Source: Bacilli bacterium
GTDB taxonomy: Bacteria > Bacillota_I > Bacilli_A > RF39 > UBA660
Direction of reading: 5' to 3'
DNA: 64,000 bases
Assembly (NCBI GenBank): GCA_017515795.1
Contig: JAFWEE010000004.1
Span: 7,937 to 71,936, forward strand
Positions 58,677 to 64,000 of this stretch are shown one piece after another. Each line of letters opens with the position of its first letter. Position 1 is the stretch's first letter. The translations under genes and the position numbers were made by a program. The notes under the pieces are model-generated. The model ran no database searches. It had not been told where the DNA came from and worked only from the letters and a program-made list of their open reading frames with translations.

Positions 58677-60641
58677 ATGAAGAAAACAGTTAAAATAATT
58701 ATGTCTTTAATTATTCTTTTTTCAGTGTTTACACCTTTTATAAATACATCTAAAGCTATGGCAGAAAGATATACTTATGCTTATATAAATGCAACAGATT
58801 TAAGTGTAAGAGCATGTCCTAGTACAGATTGTGAAAGAATTAAACATGACGAAGGTAAAACTATATGGCTTGATAGACCAAGAGTAGTAGAAGTATTAGC
58901 TACTTCTGGAGATTGGTCTCAAATTAGATTTAATTATTGGGGATTTACTTATACTGGATATGTAATGAATAAATATTTAGGAAATAAACAAACTTATACT
59001 TTAAATCAGGATTATGCTAATGAATTAAGAAGAAAAGGATTCCCTGAATCATATGTAGAAGCATTATGTAAGATGCATGCTGTTCACCCAAATTGGAACT
59101 TTGAAGTATCAAGAGTAGATGCTACACTTGATGAAGCTACTAATGGTGAATATAGTCCTATTAATAAGAATTTAATTAGTACTACTAATAAAGCACAATT
59201 ATCAACTGATCCAGGAGCATATTCAAATGGAGTATATACACAATTTGAACCTGGATGGTATGCACCATCATGGGAAACCCTTAGATATTATTTGGATGCT
59301 AGAAACTTCTTAGATGATAATAGTATATTCATGTTTGAACAATTATCATTTAATGAGACTCAAAATGCATCTGTTGTTCAAAATATATTAAATGGTTCAT
59401 TTATGGCAGGTACATATACATATAACGGCACTCAAAAATCATATGCTGAAACTTTTGTTGAAGCAGGAAGAACTTATGGTGTAAGTCCTGTTCATTTAGC
59501 TGCTAGAGTACTTCAAGAACAAGGTTATAAAGGATCTGCTACTACAGAGATGGATGGTGGAGATGGAAAGAAGTACTATAACTACTTTAACTTTGGAGCT
59601 TCAGGTTCAACTCTTGAACAAATTGTTCAAGGAGCATTAACATATGCAAAAAATAGAAACTGGGATAGTCCTTATGCATCTATTATGGGTGGCGCTAAAG
59701 GTATAGCTAATGGTTATATAACTAGTGGACAAGATACCGTATTTTATGAAAAGTTTAATTTAGTAGGATCTTCTAGATATTGGCACCAATATATGGCTAA
59801 TATTCAAGCTCCATATAGAGAATGCTATACAACATATATTTCATATTGGAAAGCAGGATTAACTGACTTAGCATTTACATTTAAGATTCCTGTATATAAA
59901 GATATGAGTGCAGGTACAGTAATACCTACTAAGAGTAATAATGCTAACTTAAAGGAATTAAATTATAATACTGGTATATTATATCCAGCATTTGATTCAT
60001 CAATAACTGAATATACATTAGAAGTATCTAGTAATACTAATAGTGTAGATATAACAGGTGTTAAAGATGATGATAAAGCAAGAGTAGATGGTAATGGAAC
60101 AGTTACTCTAAATGGTAATGAGACTGTTAAAGAAATAATTGTTACAGCAGAAGATGATACTGAAAGAAAATATACTATTACTATTAAAAAGAAATCTGCT
60201 AGTGAAGAAACAACAGAGGACATAATTAGATATTCTGGATTAAGTACTAAAGAAAGTAATATATCTGGATTTGAGATTGGAACTTCTGTAGAAAATATTA
60301 TAAATAGTATTAAGAATAAGAATATAAATGTAACTGTAAAATTATATGATTCATCAAATAAAGAAATAACTAGTGGAACTATTTCTACTGGTCAAAAGAT
60401 TACTATTAATCTTAATGGATTAGTAAAAACATTTGATGTAATAGTATATGGTGATACAAGCGGGGATGGAAGAATAAGTACTTTAGACTATTCAAAAGTT
60501 AAAGCACATATTCAAAATACTAAAGCATTAGAAGGTGTCTTCTTAACTGCTGCAGATACTAGTAAAGATGGAAGAATAAGTACATTAGATTATTCTAAAA
60601 TAAAAGCACATATTCAAAATACACAAAGTTTAGTACAATAA
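58677..60641 (+). CDS. secreted peptidoglycan hydrolase: SH3b + N-acetylglucosaminidase (GH73) + cadherin-like beta-sandwich + C-terminal type-I dockerin
   Basis: RBS GAGGTG before ATG 58677. Signal peptide. Glucosaminidase region (..AETFVEAGRTYGVSPVHLAARVLQEQGYKGS..YNYFNFGA..). C-terminal tandem Ca-loop segments DTSGDGRISTLD / DTSKDGRISTLD. Confidence 0.75.
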   Translation: MKKTVKIIMSLIILFSVFTPFINTSKAMAERYTYAYINATDLSVRACPSTDCERIKHDEGKTIWLDRPRVVEVLATSGDWSQIRFNYWGFTYTGYVMNKYLGNKQTYTLNQDYANELRRKGFPESYVEALCKMHAVHPNWNFEVSRVDATLDEATNGEYSPINKNLISTTNKAQLSTDPGAYSNGVYTQFEPGWYAPSWETLRYYLDARNFLDDNSIFMFEQLSFNETQNASVVQNILNGSFMAGTYTYNGTQKSYAETFVEAGRTYGVSPVHLAARVLQEQGYKGSATTEMDGGDGKKYYNYFNFGASGSTLEQIVQGALTYAKNRNWDSPYASIMGGAKGIANGYITSGQDTVFYEKFNLVGSSRYWHQYMANIQAPYRECYTTYISYWKAGLTDLAFTFKIPVYKDMSAGTVIPTKSNNANLKELNYNTGILYPAFDSSITEYTLEVSSNTNSVDITGVKDDDKARVDGNGTVTLNGNETVKEIIVTAEDDTERKYTITIKKKSASEETTEDIIRYSGLSTKESNISGFEIGTSVENIINSIKNKNINVTVKLYDSSNKEITSGTISTGQKITINLNGLVKTFDVIVYGDTSGDGRISTLDYSKVKAHIQNTKALEGVFLTAADTSKDGRISTLDYSKIKAHIQNTQSLVQ

Positions 60642-60651
60642 GGAGAACAAT

Positions 60652-62211
60652 ATGAAGAAATTAAAATATTTATTAATTGCACTTTTATTGATGATTCCAA
60701 TAACAAGTAAAGCAGCAGTTTATCACTGCTCTGCACCAGGACAAGTAGTATCTGGTCAAAACTTTACTGTTAGATTCTATGGTAGTTTAAGTTCAAATTC
60801 TGCTACTTGGTCAGGAACAGTATTTAGTGAAGGTAATGCAAGATATGTTAGTGGTGGAACAAGTATATGGTATGATGGAGCTAATTTCAGCAAATCTGTT
60901 ACATATACTGCTACTAATCCAGGAACTGCTAGATTCTATGTTGGAAATATAGATGTATCTGATGAAAATCAAGAATACTCTGGTAGTGATAGTTGTACAG
61001 TTACTATAGTAGCTGCTTCTTCATCAAATACTTCTAGTTCAAGGGTTCAAGGAAATGTATCTCAAAATAAAAAGAGTAATGATCCAAAAAAGAGTTCTGA
61101 TAATGCATTAAAGAAATTAGAAGTTGAAGGAGTTACTTTAGATCCTGAATTTGGAGCAGATACTCTAGAATATACCGCTACAGTAGAAGGTGCTAAAGAT
61201 AAGATTAATATTATTACTGAAACTAATGATTCTAAAGCAAATGTAGATGGTGATGGAGAAGTAGAATTAGTTGAAGGCTTTAATGAAATAATAGTTACTG
61301 TTTATGCTGAAAATGGAGATGCTAGAGAATATAAATTAAAAATAACTAGGGAAGAATTGAATCCAATTGAAGTAATGGTAAATGGCAAAAAATATAGAGT
61401 AGTAAAAAAAGAAGTAGAAGATAATATTCCAGAAGGATTTGAAAAGGAAACTATTACTATTAATGAACAAGAGGTAGTAGCTTATTCTAACGGAAAGATT
61501 ACATTAGTTCTTTTAGTAGATGAAGAAGGAAATACAAGTTTCTTTAAATATGATGCTAAAAAGTCTAGTTATTCTGAATATGCAGTATTTAATTCAGAAG
61601 TAATAAAGATAATATTAAGTGATCCTAAGAAAGAAGATATTCCTTATGGATATAAAAGAATAACATTTACTATTGATGGTAAGAAAGTAACTGGATATTA
61701 TTATAAAGCTAAAGATAAATTTAGATTAGTATATGGTATTAATGAAAGTGATGGAAAAGAAGGATTCTATTTATATGATATGGATCAAAAAACTTTCCAA
61801 AGATTCTATGATACACAAACTAAAGAATATTTAGTATATCTAAGATATGGGATGTATATAGCAGCAGGAGTAGCTTTACTTATATTAATACTATTTATTT
61901 CAATTATTTCTTTAGTAAGAAAAAATCATAAATTAAAGAAGAATAATAAACCTGAAATAAAAGAAGAAGTTAAAAAAACTGAAGTAAAGAAAGAAGAACC
62001 AAGACCTTTAACAAGAGCAGAAAGATTAAAATTAAAAGAAGAAGCAAAAGCAAAAGAGGTTAAGGAGGAAAAGAAAGAAGTTAAGCAAGAAACAGAAGTA
62101 TTTAAAGAGGAAGATATAAAGCCTGTCAAAGAAGATACTAGGGAAGCAAAGAGACTTCAAAAAGAAGAAGAGAAAAAAAGAAAAGAAGAAGCTAATAACT
62201 TCTTAAAATAA
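60652..62211 (+). CDS. type-I membrane surface protein with Ig-like N-domain, cadherin-like domain, TM and K/E-rich cytoplasmic tail
   Basis: Signal peptide. Cadherin-like segment paralogous to the upstream gene (..LEVEGVTLDPEFGADTLEYTATVEG...). TM ~residues 405-425. Lys/Glu-rich tail. Confidence 0.5.
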   Translation: MKKLKYLLIALLLMIPITSKAAVYHCSAPGQVVSGQNFTVRFYGSLSSNSATWSGTVFSEGNARYVSGGTSIWYDGANFSKSVTYTATNPGTARFYVGNIDVSDENQEYSGSDSCTVTIVAASSSNTSSSRVQGNVSQNKKSNDPKKSSDNALKKLEVEGVTLDPEFGADTLEYTATVEGAKDKINIITETNDSKANVDGDGEVELVEGFNEIIVTVYAENGDAREYKLKITREELNPIEVMVNGKKYRVVKKEVEDNIPEGFEKETITINEQEVVAYSNGKITLVLLVDEEGNTSFFKYDAKKSSYSEYAVFNSEVIKIILSDPKKEDIPYGYKRITFTIDGKKVTGYYYKAKDKFRLVYGINESDGKEGFYLYDMDQKTFQRFYDTQTKEYLVYLRYGMYIAAGVALLILILFISIISLVRKNHKLKKNNKPEIKEEVKKTEVKKEEPRPLTRAERLKLKEEAKAKEVKEEKKEVKQETEVFKEEDIKPVKEDTREAKRLQKEEEKKRKEEANNFLK

Positions 62212-62289
62212 AAATATCTTTTATTTATTATATTTATGTGATAAAATATTTTAAACAAGCAGTGATAAGGAAATAGTAATATAACTAAG

Positions 62290-62470
62290 TTTTATAGAGA
62301 GTTAGTGGTTGGTGTAAACTAATAAATAAAGTTATATGAATTCACCCTTTAAGCTTATAAGTAATGTTATACGTTTATTCGCGTTAAGAATTAAAGAGCA
62401 TAGAAAATCTATGAAGTAAGGTGGTACCGCTATTATTAGTCCTTACATCATAGATTTTTATTTTTTAGGA
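62290..62470 (+). promoter_or_regulatory. T-box riboswitch leader (specifier UUC, Phe)
   Basis: AGAGAG box, ..UAUGAAUUCACC.. specifier, T-box AAGGTGGTACCGC, terminator + T-run. 3' half nearly identical to the leuS leader. Confidence 0.7.
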
Positions 62471-62477
62471 GGAAAAT

Positions 62478-63527
62478 ATGAAAGAAAAAGTAGAAAGCAT
62501 TAGAGAATCTTTAAATACTGATATTAAAGAAGTTAAAACTACTCAAGATATAGTAGAAATAAAATCTAAATATATTGGTAAAACAGGTTTAATATCAGAA
62601 CTTACTAAAGGTATGGCAGAGTTATCTATCGAAGAGAAAAAAGAATTTGGTATGATAATTAATGAACTTAAAAATGAGGCTAATAGTTTAATCTTTGGTA
62701 AAGAAGAAGAAATTAATAATGCATTATTAAATGAAAAATTAAATAAAGAAGCAATAGATATTACTTTACCAAGTAAAAAAATTAAAAGAGGATCTTTAAA
62801 CCCAATGACAAGAATAACTGAGGAGTTTGAAGATTTATTCGTATCAATGGGTTATACAGTATTTGAAGGTCCAGAATTAGAAACTGATGAAAACTGTTTT
62901 AGAAAATTAAATTTACCAATAGGACATCCTGCTAGAGATGCTCAAGATACATTCTACTTAAAAGATGAAGTAGATGAATACTTACTTAGAAGTCAAACTT
63001 CTACAGCACAAGTTAGAGCAATGGAAGCTAATGAAGATAAAGGCCCTATTAGAATAGTTTGTCCTGGTAAAGTTTATAGAAGAGATGAAGATGCTACTCA
63101 TTCACATCAATTTATGCAAATTGAAGGTTTAGTAATAGATAAAAATATTTCTATGGCTGATTTAAAAGGCACTCTAGAAACTATGATGAAACATGTTCTT
63201 GGAGAAAAAACTGAAGTTAGATTTAGACCTAGTTATTTCCCATTTACAGAACCATCAGTAGAAGTAGATGTTACTTGCTTTAAATGCTCAGGAAAAGGTT
63301 GTAACCTTTGTAAAGATACTGGTTGGATAGAAGTTCTTGGAGCTGGTATGGTTCATCCTGATGTACTTACTATGAGTGGATATGATCCAAAAGTATATCA
63401 AGGATTTGCATTTGGTACAGGATTAGATAGAATGGCGATGTTTAAATATGGTATTCCAGATATTAGAACTATATATGGAAACGATTTAAGATTTATAAAT
63501 CAATTTGATAGAAAGGATGAAGAGTAA
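62478..63527 (+). CDS. pheS: phenylalanyl-tRNA synthetase alpha subunit
   Basis: Class II motifs (..FRPSYFPFTEPS.., ..GFAFGTGLDRMAM..). 349 aa. Confidence 0.95.
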   Translation: MKEKVESIRESLNTDIKEVKTTQDIVEIKSKYIGKTGLISELTKGMAELSIEEKKEFGMIINELKNEANSLIFGKEEEINNALLNEKLNKEAIDITLPSKKIKRGSLNPMTRITEEFEDLFVSMGYTVFEGPELETDENCFRKLNLPIGHPARDAQDTFYLKDEVDEYLLRSQTSTAQVRAMEANEDKGPIRIVCPGKVYRRDEDATHSHQFMQIEGLVIDKNISMADLKGTLETMMKHVLGEKTEVRFRPSYFPFTEPSVEVDVTCFKCSGKGCNLCKDTGWIEVLGAGMVHPDVLTMSGYDPKVYQGFAFGTGLDRMAMFKYGIPDIRTIYGNDLRFINQFDRKDEE

Positions 63528-64000
63528 TGTTATTAAGTAGAAAATTTGTATCTGATTATATTGATCTAGATGAAAACTTATCTATTACTGATATAGCAGA
63601 AAGTATGACTTCTGTAGGAAATGAATATGATTATGCTGGACCTCTTATTAATGCTACTAAGCTTGTTACTGGTGAGGTAATAGAATGTGAAAATCATCCT
63701 GATTCAGATCATTTACACGTATGTAAAGTTAATGTAGGAAGTGAAGTATTAGATATAGTATGCGGAGCTCCTAATGTAAGAAAAGGTTTAAAAGTTATTG
63801 TTGCTCTTGATGGAGCTAAACTTCCTGGTGGAGAAATTAAAAAAGGTGTTATTAGAGGCTGTGAATCAAATGGTATGATTTGTTCAATAGCAGAACTAGG
63901 ACTTGATAATAAATTCTTAAAACCTGAGGATAAAGAAGGTATTCATGAACTTCCAGAAGATACTGAAATTGGTATTGATGGAATTAAAGCACTTGGATTT
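63527..64000 (+). CDS. pheT: phenylalanyl-tRNA synthetase beta subunit, N-terminal part (continues beyond window)
   Basis: ATG overlaps pheS stop (TAATG). MLLSRKFVSDYIDL.. PheT N-terminus with tRNA-binding domain. Confidence 0.9.
   Translation, partial: MLLSRKFVSDYIDLDENLSITDIAESMTSVGNEYDYAGPLINATKLVTGEVIECENHPDSDHLHVCKVNVGSEVLDIVCGAPNVRKGLKVIVALDGAKLPGGEIKKGVIRGCESNGMICSIAELGLDNKFLKPEDKEGIHELPEDTEIGIDGIKALGF

Overview
Low-GC (~26-28%) Firmicutes/Clostridia-like chromosomal segment, almost entirely + strand, standard genetic code. Housekeeping content: aminoacyl-tRNA synthetases (lysS 3' end, cysS, leuS, archaeal-type aspS, asnS, pheS, pheT 5' end), gatCAB, infC-rpmI-rplT, gap and pgk, deoD, an RNase R-like gene, an rRNA-modification cluster (rluC/D-like, RlmI-like, rluA-like, rlmD-like), Ogg, AlkD-like, a Y-family polymerase operon, two tRNAs (Arg-CCT, Asn-GUU) and three T-box riboswitch leaders. 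Interleaved accessory genes: sortase plus an NPKTG-anchored surface protein, giant Ig-like/Flg_new/cadherin-like surface proteins, a dockerin-tagged glucosaminidase, an L,D-transpeptidase, a GGDEF protein, an orphan Hpt+receiver pair, and a GNAT gene flanked by 31-bp direct repeats inside duplicated leaders carrying an iterated 16-mer. No CRISPR array, integrase/transposase or prophage module was seen. Unusual observations: bL20 has a Rho_N-like C-terminal extension; the RNase R homolog has an altered catalytic Asp motif; gap is translationally coupled to two surface-protein genes instead of pgk; a T-box (probable AAC/Asn specifier) controls aspS-asnS-gatCAB directly downstream of tRNA-Asn; the leuS T-box contains an embedded small membrane protein gene; a palindromic SOS-like box precedes polY-yolD-orf223; a Cys-rich protein / rhodanese-like / thioredoxin-like gene triad; and a lone minus-strand HEXXH gene. 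No single clearly novel multi-gene system could be proven from sequence alone; the candidates are ranked in the findings.
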